Source: Nitrospirota bacterium (GTDB lineage Bacteria; Nitrospirota; UBA9217). Taken from it: 64,000 nt of DNA. Shown here piece after piece: positions 39,296 through 49,603 of the stretch (the stretch's first letter is position 1; every line of letters starts with the position of its first letter). The stretch lies in assembly GCA_963740085.1 (NCBI GenBank), contig CAVUCU010000004.1, positions 192,001-256,000 on the forward strand, read 5' to 3'. Below the pieces are notes generated by a model, which saw only the letters and a list, made by a program, of their open reading frames with translations, had not been told where the DNA came from and did no database searches. Made by a program: the position numbers and the translations under genes.

Positions 39296-39520
39296 CTAAC
39301 CTCCGGCGATGGGCGGGAAGAGGGCGATTTCGTCTTTGTCTTTCAGGATATGATCCGCGGGACGATGCTCCCCGTTGACGATCCTGAGAAGCCGGATCGT
39401 TCCAGGGAGGTGAAGGGAACGCACTACGTCATCGACGGTCGTGCCTTCGGGAAACGCGGCAACCTGTTCATCGGGGCCAAATTGGCGCAAGGATGCAAAA
39501 AGCCTGATCGTAACGTTCAT
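39296..39520 (-). CDS. MoaD/ThiS sulfur carrier
   Basis: RLFASLR...VNG...FPPIAGG C-terminal diglycine. Confidence 0.9.
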   Translation of the reverse strand: MNVTIRLFASLRQFGPDEQVAAFPEGTTVDDVVRSLHLPGTIRLLRIVNGEHRPADHILKDKDEIALFPPIAGG

Positions 39521-39649
39521 CGTAATAACAGTATACCAGACATCCCGGGGCTGCTGGATCGAATTTGAAGCGTATTGTCAAAACGTACACGACGATCGCA
39601 TGATACAATAAAGGAAAAGGTTGGGAAGCATCCGGAAGGAGGGGATCAT

Positions 39650-40159
39650 ATGACGGACACAGCGGACCGAAACGCCGTAAGGGGGGGCAGCGCCGGCTGT
39701 CTTGACATCTCACTTCAGGGCAAAGCATCGCTGATACGGGCGAGCGACGGACGGGAGATCCCCTTTGCCAGGGCGATCCTGACAATTCGCAATATCTGCA
39801 AAGCCGAGCTCATCAACGTCGTACCCCACGCCACGCTCGGCCAGGAGGGCGGAACAGTCCAGGATGTCACCAGTTCTTTCTCTCATTCGGCACCCGCTTC
39901 TATTCCCCCGGAAGGGGAGGTCAGCTGGGACGTCTATGACCTTCTGCTTCCTGCGCACCCCGGGACGGCCAGCAAGGTCCACATGTTCGGGTATCGGGCG
40001 GCGCTGAACTGGAGATTCGATCTTTCCGTCTGGGTAGAATACCGCGTATCGGGCTCCTCCGAAGCTGTTCAGACTCCAATCTCACGATGGGCATTGCGGT
40101 GGACGGTCGTAAATCCCGCGACCGGGGCTGTCGATGTTGCCATTGAAAGCGGAAAGTGA
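39650..40159 (+). CDS. Hypothetical protein
   Basis: AAGGAGGGG RBS + ATG; no motif recognised. Confidence 0.55.
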   Translation: MTDTADRNAVRGGSAGCLDISLQGKASLIRASDGREIPFARAILTIRNICKAELINVVPHATLGQEGGTVQDVTSSFSHSAPASIPPEGEVSWDVYDLLLPAHPGTASKVHMFGYRAALNWRFDLSVWVEYRVSGSSEAVQTPISRWALRWTVVNPATGAVDVAIESGK

Positions 40160-40205
40160 GGAACACCCGGTTCACGGTGTAAAAGGGCCGGGTATCCTTC
40201 GAACA

Positions 40206-40802
40206 TCAGTTCCCGCTTTTCTTTACGAGCCTGAAGCCGATATCCGTACCCATTTTCATACCATAGCCGAGAGTGATATTCAGTATGCCCAGCGGCTCGA
40301 GGTAGCGAGCGGACTTCAGCGGCCCCGCGTCCACGGAATCGAATCCTATTCCCTCTGCAAGCTTTCGTACCAAGCCCTTGCTGTTGGCATCGTCACCAGC
40401 AACCAGGGCGGTCAGACGCTCTCCCCGTAACCTGCCCGTGCTCATATTCTGGGCAAATACGGTATTGAACGCTTTGACCACGCTGGCCTTCGGCACCAGC
40501 TTTTGCAGTTCTTCTGCTTCAGACGTCGTGAAGCCGATCGCAAGCTCGAACGACGGGGTCAGAACGTTGCTCACATCCACGACGGGCTTGCCGTCGAGTG
40601 CGCTTCCTATGGTCCTGGCGATCTCCGCGTGGGCTCCCCAGGGCACGGCAAGAATTACCACGTCGGCCCACACTGACACTTCGCGCGGCGATTCCTTGGG
40701 GTCCGTGGACCCGAAACGGATTTCATTCCCGGCACGCCGCAATCCCTCGGCGAGCGCCTTCCCTACATTGCCTTTTCCAATGATCGCGATCTTCGTTGAC
40801 AT
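40206..40802 (-). CDS. NADPH-dependent F420 reductase-like / NAD(P)-binding oxidoreductase
   Basis: IIGKGNVG, ILAVPW, VVKAFNT, DAGPL..ARYLE. Confidence 0.85.
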   Translation of the reverse strand: MSTKIAIIGKGNVGKALAEGLRRAGNEIRFGSTDPKESPREVSVWADVVILAVPWGAHAEIARTIGSALDGKPVVDVSNVLTPSFELAIGFTTSEAEELQKLVPKASVVKAFNTVFAQNMSTGRLRGERLTALVAGDDANSKGLVRKLAEGIGFDSVDAGPLKSARYLEPLGILNITLGYGMKMGTDIGFRLVKKSGN

Positions 40803-40888
40803 GACTTTCCTCCTTACATCGAAATATGAGCCATCCGCTGATCGTCACTCAGAATAGTCCGATTACAGCGTTCATCGGCCATCCCAGG

Positions 40889-41293
40889 CTAGAGTCCTAT
40901 GGTCTTTTGAGCCACATTCCCGGATTGCGAATATGTTGACGTGTTTAAGGAAGAGACGGAAGTTGCCGGCTTATTTGGCGACAAGTGGATATTTTGCAAT
41001 GGCTGTTCGAGGGATCGCTTATTATCAGATACAGGTTCTATTTTTAGAGGATGGATCGCAAGAAACATCTGCCAGAATACAAACAGTGCCCCGGGAAGCG
41101 CAAGAATTGCGGCAAGTCTGCTCCAGAAAATTGCCCTGGAAAATTGAGATGAGATCCTGCTTTCTGCTGATTTTTCTCTTTTGGACAATTCAGATAGTGC
41201 GCGTGAATAAAATTCATGATCTTCCGTGTATTTGGTAAGGCAAGAATTCAATTCAGCGTTAGACTTTTTAGAAAAAACCGGATCGTAGTCCAT
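40889..41293 (-). CDS. AT-rich hypothetical single-TM protein
   Basis: GGAGG RBS; one hydrophobic segment; lower GC than flanks. Confidence 0.5.
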   Translation of the reverse strand: MDYDPVFSKKSNAELNSCLTKYTEDHEFYSRALSELSKREKSAESRISSQFSRAIFWSRLAAILALPGALFVFWQMFLAIHPLKIEPVSDNKRSLEQPLQNIHLSPNKPATSVSSLNTSTYSQSGNVAQKTIGL

Positions 41294-41381
41294 GCGCGGT
41301 CCTCCCTCTAAGCCAATTTAAGATAAACGATCTCGAACATAAGATCAGGTCCTGTTGCGTCAGGGCATCGCCGCCCGGTCA

Positions 41382-42365
41382 TTATACATAGTCACCCCGC
41401 TTAACCAGTCCGATGACCGGTTCTCCTCTGAGAAACCTCTTCACGTTTTCGACGGCCCGGCGGGTCCCGTCGTCATTGATGCCGGCTACCATGGCGGAAT
41501 TATGCGGAGAGCCGAGGACATTGGGAAGAGAGAAAAAGGGAAAGTTGGTCCTGAATTCTCCGGATCCGAACGGCTCTATCCACCAGACGTCGAGACCTGC
41601 CTGGAAGCGGGGGTGGCTCCTGAGGTGTTCGTAAAGCGCACCTTCGTCAATGATGCCTCCTCTTGCCACATTGATGAGGATCGCATCCGGCTTCATCCAG
41701 TCCAGTTCCCGTTTTCCGATCAGTCCCCGCGTTGACTTCATGAGCGGAAGAGAGATGGTCACGACATCCGATGACGAGAGGACATGTTTCAGATCATTCA
41801 ATGTGCCGATGAACTCCACGGGTTCGTCGGTCCTTCCGCTGGTGTTCACGGCATAGATTTGAAGACCGAGCCCGCGCATCAGGCGAGCTGTCGCGCGGCC
41901 GATGCCGCCGAACCCAAGGACCCCGCATACAGATCCGGACAGCATTCGGTTCAGCATGGACTGATGGAACTCACCGCGGGCCAGATTTAGGTGTTCCCGC
42001 ACCAGGTTCTTGGACAGGGCAAGCGCCATGGCGAGGACATGCTCGGCCATGGGGTCCGCGTAAGCACCGACGTTGCTCGTGAGGACGATGTCGCTGCGAA
42101 GCTCATGGAAAGGCAGATGGTCGGCGCCCGCGGAAAGAAGCTGGATCATTTTGACCTTGCGGAGCAGACCGGGGCCGGCGGGGAACAGCTCTTTCGGCAG
42201 ATTCCAAGACAGGAGCACATCGGCATCAATGAGTGTCTGCTCCCTGAGCCCTGTGGGCATTTCCGCGAGAAAGGAAAGCCGCGCATCGCTCCCCACGAGT
42301 TCCTTGAGAAGACCGCGCCTCGCTTCGCCTACGCCATACGTCACAATAATGTGGGGTTTCTCCAT
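41382..42365 (-). CDS. D-2-hydroxyacid dehydrogenase family
   Basis: GFGGIG, INVARG, GLDVW, SPHNS. Confidence 0.9.
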   Translation of the reverse strand: MEKPHIIVTYGVGEARRGLLKELVGSDARLSFLAEMPTGLREQTLIDADVLLSWNLPKELFPAGPGLLRKVKMIQLLSAGADHLPFHELRSDIVLTSNVGAYADPMAEHVLAMALALSKNLVREHLNLARGEFHQSMLNRMLSGSVCGVLGFGGIGRATARLMRGLGLQIYAVNTSGRTDEPVEFIGTLNDLKHVLSSSDVVTISLPLMKSTRGLIGKRELDWMKPDAILINVARGGIIDEGALYEHLRSHPRFQAGLDVWWIEPFGSGEFRTNFPFFSLPNVLGSPHNSAMVAGINDDGTRRAVENVKRFLRGEPVIGLVKRGDYV

Positions 42366-42623
42366 CTCAGTTCACTTCACTTTTAACAGGCAGCAATTTC
42401 GCGAAGTCGTCTTCGCATTATTACGAGGACATTCCCATCAGTTGTTCAGTCATTGCAAAAAATGCACGCTCTTGGATACTAGTATAGTATATTTCTTCAT
42501 TGAGGGGGGGATAACGTATGTTTTATGTGCGTGCTGCAACCTTCTTGACAATGGCCATGATGGCGATAAAATTATGACATCCGTGACTTGCGGTTTTAAT
42601 TACAGGAATTAAGAAACCGGGTA

Positions 42624-43202
42624 GTGATCATGCATTCAAAGAATGCTATTCCCCTGCGAAGGGAAAAATCCGCAATACCTGCGATCGTTGTTTTCACGGT
42701 AGGACATTCTTCCAGGAGCATCGAAGAGTTTATCCATCTGCTGAAGGCAAATGGCATTCGCCGACTTGTAGATGTCCGCACAGTTCCCCGTTCCCGCCAT
42801 AATCCGCAGTTTAACCGTGAGACATTGAGCAAATTTCTTCGCAACCGGCGTATTAACTACCGGCACATGAAGGCCCTCGGCGGGTTTCGGCACGCCCGGA
42901 CCGATTCGATCAACAGTGGCTGGCGTAACGCTTCTTTCCGGGGTTTTGCCGATTACATGCAGACCCTGGAATTCGAGGATGCCTTGAACAAATTAATTGA
43001 GCTTGCTGTTCAGAAGCCCACAGCGATCATGTGCGCCGAAGCAGTGCCCTGGCGATGCCACCGCTCCCTGATCAGCGATGCTCTTACCGCGCGCGGCATT
43101 GAGGTGCGGGATATCTTCAGCGATAAGAATGTCAGACTGCATACAATGACGCCCATGGCCCGGGTACGCGGGGGGACAATAATCTATCCCGAAAGTGAGT
43201 AA
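42624..43202 (+). CDS. DUF488 family protein
   Basis: TVGHS, LVDVR..P.S, MCAEAVPWRCHR. Confidence 0.9.
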   Translation: MIMHSKNAIPLRREKSAIPAIVVFTVGHSSRSIEEFIHLLKANGIRRLVDVRTVPRSRHNPQFNRETLSKFLRNRRINYRHMKALGGFRHARTDSINSGWRNASFRGFADYMQTLEFEDALNKLIELAVQKPTAIMCAEAVPWRCHRSLISDALTARGIEVRDIFSDKNVRLHTMTPMARVRGGTIIYPESE

Positions 43203-43445
43203 AGAAAAGGTGAAGAGGTTCAGGAGCTGATTTTTTAAAAATATCTTTTTTATGAATAGATACAACGGCTCACCGCATGCTGCTTCCCCGTGAACGGGGG
43301 GCTTATTCAATAAAATCATTATAAAGTATTACGCCGATCTGATGTTCTTATGCCACTACTTGAACTTTAACATATTTGCGCTATAGTAAGAATAATGTAA
43401 TGATCGTTTCTTGGAATGCATTCAACAATTTTTTAACTACTCAGG

Positions 43446-43543
43446 TTGGCCGCAAAAGAACACAAAGAACTCAAAGAAAAAACATAAGTCATGTACTTTA
43501 GTTTTAAATTCTCTCTGCGTTCCTTGCGCTCTTTTGCGGCTAA
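43446..43543. repeat. 9-mer-periodic inverted-repeat hairpin
   Basis: TTGGCCGCAAAAGAACACAAAGAACTCAAAG ... CTGCGTTCCTTGCGCTCTTTTGCGGCTAA. Confidence 0.7.
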
Positions 43544-43693
43544 CAGGTTTTGACCTGAGTAGATACAATTTATTTTATTAAAGAACTTCAGGTCGTTATC
43601 CTTGTCCCTATCACGCTGCTCTGTAAGCATTCATTTACAGCGCAAATTTACGAATTGAAACCGAGGACGCAAAGAACGAGAAAGGAGCAGATC

Positions 43694-44890
43694 ATGAAGA
43701 ATGGCATTTTCACCCGAAGGGATTTTTTGAAGACCGCCGGAGCATTAACCGCGATGACCGCCATAGGTGAGATACCGGCAGGTCTCCTTGCCGCGGTTAG
43801 CCGGAGACCACTGGCAAAATTTCCCGAGAAAACAGATTTGATACTGCTGACCTCACGCCCGCCGCAGCTCGAAACACCCTTCTCCTATTTCAACGAACTC
43901 ATCACGCCGAACGAGGCGGTCTTTGTCCGGTGGCATATATCCGGCATCCCCACGTCTGTTGACATGCTCCAGTGGCGGCTCACGGTCGGAGGCAACACGG
44001 AGAAGGAACTCCAGCTCTCCATGGAAGACCTCAGGAAGTTCGAGCGCGTTACCTACACGGCGGTCATCCAGTGCGCGGGCAACAGCAGGAGCTTCTTCGA
44101 CCCCCGGGTTGCAGGAGGGCAGTGGGAGAACGGGGCCATGGGGAACGTCACCTGGACCGGCGCCAGGCTGAAGGACATCCTGAACGCGGCGGGGATCAAG
44201 GCCGGTTCCGTGGATGTCTCTTTCGATGGCCTCGACAAACCGCCGTTGCCCTCGGTCCCTGACTTCGTCAAGAGCCTGCCGCTGGATAAGGCGATGGACG
44301 AGGACATTATCGTGGCCTACGAGCAGAACGGAAAGCCGCTCCCCATGCTGAATGGGTTCCCGGCCCGGCTCATCGTGCCCGGCTGGTATGCCACCTACTG
44401 GGTCAAGGCGCTCAGCTCCATTACCGTTCTTCCTTCGAAGTTCGAAGGGTTCTGGGTGAAGACCGCTTACCGCATCCCGGACAATCCCTGCGGCTGTCTT
44501 CCGCCCGGAGGAAAGCCGGACAAGACGATACCCGTTCACCGCATGACGACTCGCTCGTTCATCGTCACTCCCGCGGACGGCGCGTCGCTCAAGGCGAACA
44601 GGCCCGTGGAGATCAGGGGGATCGCTTTCTCCGGGGGATACGGGATCAGGGATGTGATCGTCTCGACAGACAACGGCAGGACCTGGAAAGAGGCCATGCT
44701 CGGGAAAGACATGGGCAAATATTCCTGGATCCAGTGGACCTGCTCGTGGAAGCCCGGGAAGGCCGGAAGGTACACGCTCCACGTCAAGGCCACGAACAGT
44801 ATCGGCGAATCGCAGGCCGGTGTGGGACTGTGGAACCCTGCAGGGTATCTCCGGAACAAGATCGAGAAGGTCGACGTTGTCGTCAGATAG
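43694..44890 (+). CDS. Tat-exported sulfite-oxidase-family molybdoenzyme (SorA/SorT-like)
   Basis: TRRDFLK Tat motif, FVRWH, QCAGNSR, NGFPARL.VPGWY. Confidence 0.9.
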   Translation: MKNGIFTRRDFLKTAGALTAMTAIGEIPAGLLAAVSRRPLAKFPEKTDLILLTSRPPQLETPFSYFNELITPNEAVFVRWHISGIPTSVDMLQWRLTVGGNTEKELQLSMEDLRKFERVTYTAVIQCAGNSRSFFDPRVAGGQWENGAMGNVTWTGARLKDILNAAGIKAGSVDVSFDGLDKPPLPSVPDFVKSLPLDKAMDEDIIVAYEQNGKPLPMLNGFPARLIVPGWYATYWVKALSSITVLPSKFEGFWVKTAYRIPDNPCGCLPPGGKPDKTIPVHRMTTRSFIVTPADGASLKANRPVEIRGIAFSGGYGIRDVIVSTDNGRTWKEAMLGKDMGKYSWIQWTCSWKPGKAGRYTLHVKATNSIGESQAGVGLWNPAGYLRNKIEKVDVVVR

Positions 44891-44896
44891 GAGGAA

Positions 44897-45259
44897 GTGA
44901 TGAACAATCGAGTAATGTTCATGAGTGCAGTGTGCGCAGTGTTCGCGATAGCGCTGTCATGCGGGACCGCCTTTGCAGAGAACCCGGAAACGGTTTCTTC
45001 AGGGAACAGCAGCGTCAAATCCATCGACATTCCCGTCATCCGGGTCGACCTGAAACAGGGCCCCGGCATGGATAAAACATCGACCCTGTGCAACATCTGC
45101 CACAGCGTCGACTATATCACCATGCAGCCGCCCTTTTCCCGCGCGCAGTGGACGGGATCGGTGAACAAGATGATCAAGGTCATGGGTGCTCCGATAAATG
45201 AAGAGGACGCGAAGACGATCATCGAATACCTCTCAACGTACTACGGAAACGGAAAGTAG
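44897..45259 (+). CDS. Monoheme cytochrome c (SorB-like)
   Basis: Signal peptide, CNICHSVDYI..QP, W...V.KM. Confidence 0.85.
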   Translation: MMNNRVMFMSAVCAVFAIALSCGTAFAENPETVSSGNSSVKSIDIPVIRVDLKQGPGMDKTSTLCNICHSVDYITMQPPFSRAQWTGSVNKMIKVMGAPINEEDAKTIIEYLSTYYGNGK

Positions 45260-45469
45260 GCGAACGGTCCGCCTCGGCCCGTACTATTTTGACGATCACC
45301 CGATGGAGATGACGATAATCTTGGAAGGGCATGATCTGCCGCGGAGACACGTTGAAATGCACCTTGAAAATACCAGGGATTTTCTCCGCGTCTCTGCGGT
45401 AAAAAAATGCCTTTACGCGATTGTTGCAAAGTAAATGGGAAAACACGTTGTCGATAACGGAGGTGCCGC

Positions 45470-45922
45470 ATGATCAGCCTTGATATCAACGGAAAGTCCT
45501 ACCAGGTCAAAGTCGATCCCGATGTGCCGCTGCTCTGGGTCATCCGGGAGCGGCTCCAACTCACGGGCACGAAGTTCGGGTGCGGCATCGGCATGTGCGG
45601 ATCGTGCACCGTGCACATCGACGGCAAGGCCCAACGGTCCTGCCAGATCCCGGTCGGAAGCGTGCAGGGCAAAAAGATCACGACCATCGAGGGACTGCCG
45701 GAGAACCATCCCGTGAAGAGGGCCTGGGTGCAGGAGCAGGTTCCGCAGTGCGGGTACTGCCAGCCGGGGCAGATCATGCAGGCCGCGGCCCTTCTCGCTG
45801 AAGACCCCCGGCCGACCGACGCCAGCATCAACGAACATATGAACGGCAATCTCTGCCGCTGCGGCACGTATCCGAAGATACGGAGCGCCATCCGGCTCGC
45901 GTCGAAGGGAGGCAAAAAATGA
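45470..45922 (+). CDS. (2Fe-2S) subunit, IorA/CoxS family
   Basis: GCG.G.CG.CTV, QCGYCQ, CRCGTY. Confidence 0.93.
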   Translation: MISLDINGKSYQVKVDPDVPLLWVIRERLQLTGTKFGCGIGMCGSCTVHIDGKAQRSCQIPVGSVQGKKITTIEGLPENHPVKRAWVQEQVPQCGYCQPGQIMQAAALLAEDPRPTDASINEHMNGNLCRCGTYPKIRSAIRLASKGGKK

Positions 45923-48205
45923 AGCTCGATCTTACGCGCAGACAGTTCCTGAAGATCGCAGGCACCGGCCTTGCTATTGCCGTGGTAGAGACATCGGATG
46001 GGTTCCGTCTTCTTTCAGCGGCACAGGCAGCGGAGGAGACCATCAGTTTCCATCCGAGTGCCTGGGTCAAGATCCTGCCGACCAACACCGTTATCGTGGT
46101 GGTGAACAAGTCTGAGATGGGGCAGGGCGTATACACGTCGCTGCCCATGCTCGTTGCCGACGAACTCGACGCGGACTGGAAGAACGTGACCCTGGAGGTC
46201 GCGCCCGCGGGCGATGCCTTCAAGGACCCGGTCTGGGGCAGCCAGTCCACAGGCGGAAGCTCGAGCATCCGCCACATGTCCGAGCCTCTCAGGAAAGCGG
46301 GAGCTGCGGCCCGGGAAATGCTTGTTGCTGCTGCTGCCCGCGGGTGGAACGTCCCGGTCAAGGAGTGCAGCGTTGAACTTGGCAGGGTCCGTCACGCGCG
46401 GAGCAGCCGGACGATTTCATACGGGAAACTGGTGAATGAGGCCGCAAAGCTCGACGTGCCGCAGAATCCCGTACTCAAGAAGGAAAGCCAGTTCCGGTAC
46501 ATCGGAAAGGATATTCCCCGGCTTGACATACACGACAAGGTGAACGGTCAGGCGCGGTTCGGCATAGATTCCTTCGTACCCGGCATGCTCTACGCGGCGA
46601 TCGCCCGGCCGAAGGCCTATGGTGCGGAACTCGCCTCATCCCAAAAAGATGCGGCTTTGGCCGTGCCCGGTGTACGCGCAGTCGTACCGATCCCGTCCGG
46701 CATGGCTGTACTGGCCGATACCATCGATGGGGCCTGGAAGGGGCGGGATGCACTCAAGCCGGACTGGCAGAACGGGAAATATCCGGGCCTCAGCACGGTG
46801 TCGCTGCAGAAGGATTACCTGGGCAGGCTTGACACAGCCGGCATCGTGGCGCGTAATGACGGCGACGCAAAGTCAGTAATAGAAGGCGCCGCCAGGAAGG
46901 TTGAGGCAGTGTACGAGCTTCCGTATCTTGCCCATGCCACCATGGAACCCATGAACTGCGCGGTCCATGTGCGGGCTGACGGCTGCGACATCTGGGCGCC
47001 GACACAGAACCAGTCAGGAGTGTTGGCCACTGCCGCAGGCGATCACCGGTCTGAAGCCTGAACAGATATTTGTTCATACCACGCTCCTTGGAGGCGGTTT
47101 CGGCAGGCGGTTCGAGCGGGACTTCATGGAGGAGGCGCTCCTCCTATCGAAGTCCGCGGGTAAGCCGGTCAAGGTTGTCTGGACGCGGGAAGAGGACACC
47201 CAGAATGATTTCTACCGTCCGATGAACGCGACCAGGATCACGGCAGCGCTCGACGCAGAGGGCCGGGCAGCAGCCTGGTCGCACACGATCGTCTGTCCAT
47301 CGATCTTTGCCCGCGTGTTTCCGCAGATGGTGAAGAACGGGATCGACAACGCCGCCGTGGAGGGCGTGGAGAATTTGGAGTATGAGGTCCCGAACGTGCA
47401 CGTTGAGTACGTGCGGTTTGACACGCCGGTGCCCGTGGGCTTCTGGCGTTCGGTGGGGAGTTCGCACAATGGTTTTACGGTGGAGAGCTTCGTTGACGAG
47501 CTCGCTGACGCGGCGAAGAAGGACCCCCTTGACTTCAGACTGGGCTTGCTTAAAAAGCACCCGCGGGCTGCGCGCGTGCTCCAGGTGGCGGCGGAAAAGG
47601 CCGGCTGGAGCAAACCGCCTGCAAAGGGACAGGCGCGCGGCATCGCCTACCACCTCTCCTTCGGTAGCTACGTAGCGGAAGTTGCTGAGGTGTCCGTTGA
47701 TCCAAAGAGCGGGGTGATCACGGTCCACAAAGTGACCTGCGCGGTGGACTGCGGCCCGGTCGTGAATCCCGCGATCATCAAGGCCCAGATGATGGGAGGC
47801 ATCACCATGGGTCTGTCCGCGGCTCTCAAGGAACAGATAGAGTTCGCAAACGGGGGCGTCAAGTCCGAGAACTTCGCGGATTATGAACTTCTCAGGATGA
47901 GCGAAGCGCCGGACGTGGACGTTCATATTGTCAAGAGTGGTGAAGCCCTGGGCGGCATCGGCGAGCCGGGTGTTCCGCCCCTTGCGCCGGCGGTCGCAAA
48001 CGCAGTGTTCAAGGCAACAGGCGCCCGGTTAAGACGGCTGCCCATGAATCCCGTGACCGTGCTCGCAGCGATGAAGAAGCGGGTAGAATTGCAAGGAACC
48101 GTTAAGTTCAGATACTATCCGCAGATTTCGCAGATTACACAGATTAAGTCAGAGCTGAATTGGTTTTTAAATCTGTCGTTCTCTATCTGCGAAATCTGCG
48201 GATGA
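45919..48205 (+). CDS. Tat-exported xanthine-dehydrogenase-family Mo subunit, IorB-like (+1 frameshift near 47036; true stop possibly TAG 48086)
   Basis: TRRQFLK, SEMGQG, HATMEP, GGGFGRR, GIGEPG. Confidence 0.88.
48117..48203. repeat. 9-mer-periodic hairpin with perfect 19-bp arms
   Basis: ATCCGCAGATTTCGCAGAT (48117-48135) / ATCTGCGAAATCTGCGGAT (48185-48203). Confidence 0.8.
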
Positions 48206-48227
48206 AATGGTTTTGTTGAGGTGATTC

Positions 48228-49073
48228 ATGCAGATCTATGAAGAAGTGTTGAGGCTCAAACAACAGGGCAGGTCCTCTGCGATCGCTACGATCGTTGAGT
48301 GTCGGGGATCATCGCCGCAGAAGCAGGGTGCCAAGATGCTTGTGCGCGACGATGGTTCGATCATGGGCACCCTTGGCGGCGGATGCATGGAAGCCGATGT
48401 GGTGCAGGCGGCAATGATGACCATGAAGAACGGCGAGCCCATGACCCTGCCCTTCGAGCTTACGGAGCGCGAGGGCGGGCTTGTGTGCGGCGGCACGGTG
48501 CTGGTCTACATCGAACCGGTCCTGCTCGATCCGCACCTGGTGATCCTCGGCGCCGGTCATGTGGGCAGGACGCTTGCGAAATTGGCGCGCTTTACGGGTT
48601 TTCGGGTGACCGTGGTCGACGACCGCGCGGAGTTCGCAAATCAGGAGAATATCCCCGATGCGAACGATCTGGTCGTCCACGAGTTCGAGCGGGCCTTTGA
48701 ACGCGTTCCGGTCGAGAGCGGGACGTTCATCGTCGTTGCCACCCGCGGGCACAACCACGATCTCGACGCGGTCAAGGCCGCGCTCAGGACACCCGCGTTC
48801 TACATCGGCCTGCTCGGCAGCAAGCGCAAGAAGGCACTGCTCCGGCGGTCGCTTGCGGACAGCGGCTTCTCCCCGGCGGACATCGATCGGGTCGTTATCC
48901 CCGTGGGCATGGAGATCAATTCAGTTACGCCCGAGGAGATCGCGGTGAGCATCATGGCGCAGATCGTTCAGAGAAGGAGAGAAAATGGCGCCACGCGTGG
49001 CTGCCCTGCTTCTTGCGGCGGGAGCTTCCAGGAGAATGGGGACACAGAAGCAGCTCCTGCTGCTCGGCGATAG
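48228..49073 (+). CDS. xdhC: XdhC/CoxI Moco-insertion chaperone
   Basis: GSSP...GAKM, GTLGGGC, CGG, GAGHVG, YIGLLGS, TPEEIAVSI. Confidence 0.9.
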   Translation: MQIYEEVLRLKQQGRSSAIATIVECRGSSPQKQGAKMLVRDDGSIMGTLGGGCMEADVVQAAMMTMKNGEPMTLPFELTEREGGLVCGGTVLVYIEPVLLDPHLVILGAGHVGRTLAKLARFTGFRVTVVDDRAEFANQENIPDANDLVVHEFERAFERVPVESGTFIVVATRGHNHDLDAVKAALRTPAFYIGLLGSKRKKALLRRSLADSGFSPADIDRVVIPVGMEINSVTPEEIAVSIMAQIVQRRRENGATRGCPASCGGSFQENGDTEAAPAARR

Positions 49074-49587
49074 ACCCGTCATTAGACGGTGCGCCGACAC
49101 GATCTTCGCCTCGGGTATTCAGGATATTGTGGTCGTGGTCAATGGGAAAGGCGAAAGGGCCGTCGAAGCCCTCTCCGGCCTGCCGGTGAAGATCGTCCGG
49201 AACGATGCGGCCGACAGCCAGATGGCTGATTCAGTACGCATCGGGGTCCGGGCGCTCGACGATCTTTTTTCAGGGGTACTCATCTGCCTGTCCGATCACC
49301 CGCTCGTCGATCCGGAGACGTTCCGGACCGTCATACAGGCCCATTACCGGGGACCCGACAGGATCATCATTCCGTGCCACGAGGGGAGGCGCGGACATCC
49401 AGCGCTCTTTTCATGGACAATTCTGAACGAGGTCCTCTCAGGCGGCACGTTGCGCGATATCATTGGGAAAGACGAACGCAGGGTCCAGCCGATCGAAGTG
49501 GATGACGAAGGAGTCCTGCTGGACATGGACACGGACGAGGATTATCAAAAGGCCCGGGAGATGTTTGCCAGACAACCGGGTTTGTGA
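48985..49587 (+). CDS. mocA: Molybdenum cofactor cytidylyltransferase (MocA-like)
   Basis: LLAAGASRRMG..K.LL, DHP, GHP, DMDT; context next to xdhC. Confidence 0.8.
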   Translation: MAPRVAALLLAAGASRRMGTQKQLLLLGDRPVIRRCADTIFASGIQDIVVVVNGKGERAVEALSGLPVKIVRNDAADSQMADSVRIGVRALDDLFSGVLICLSDHPLVDPETFRTVIQAHYRGPDRIIIPCHEGRRGHPALFSWTILNEVLSGGTLRDIIGKDERRVQPIEVDDEGVLLDMDTDEDYQKAREMFARQPGL

Positions 49588-49603
49588 GAGCGAGGAGACG
49601 ACT

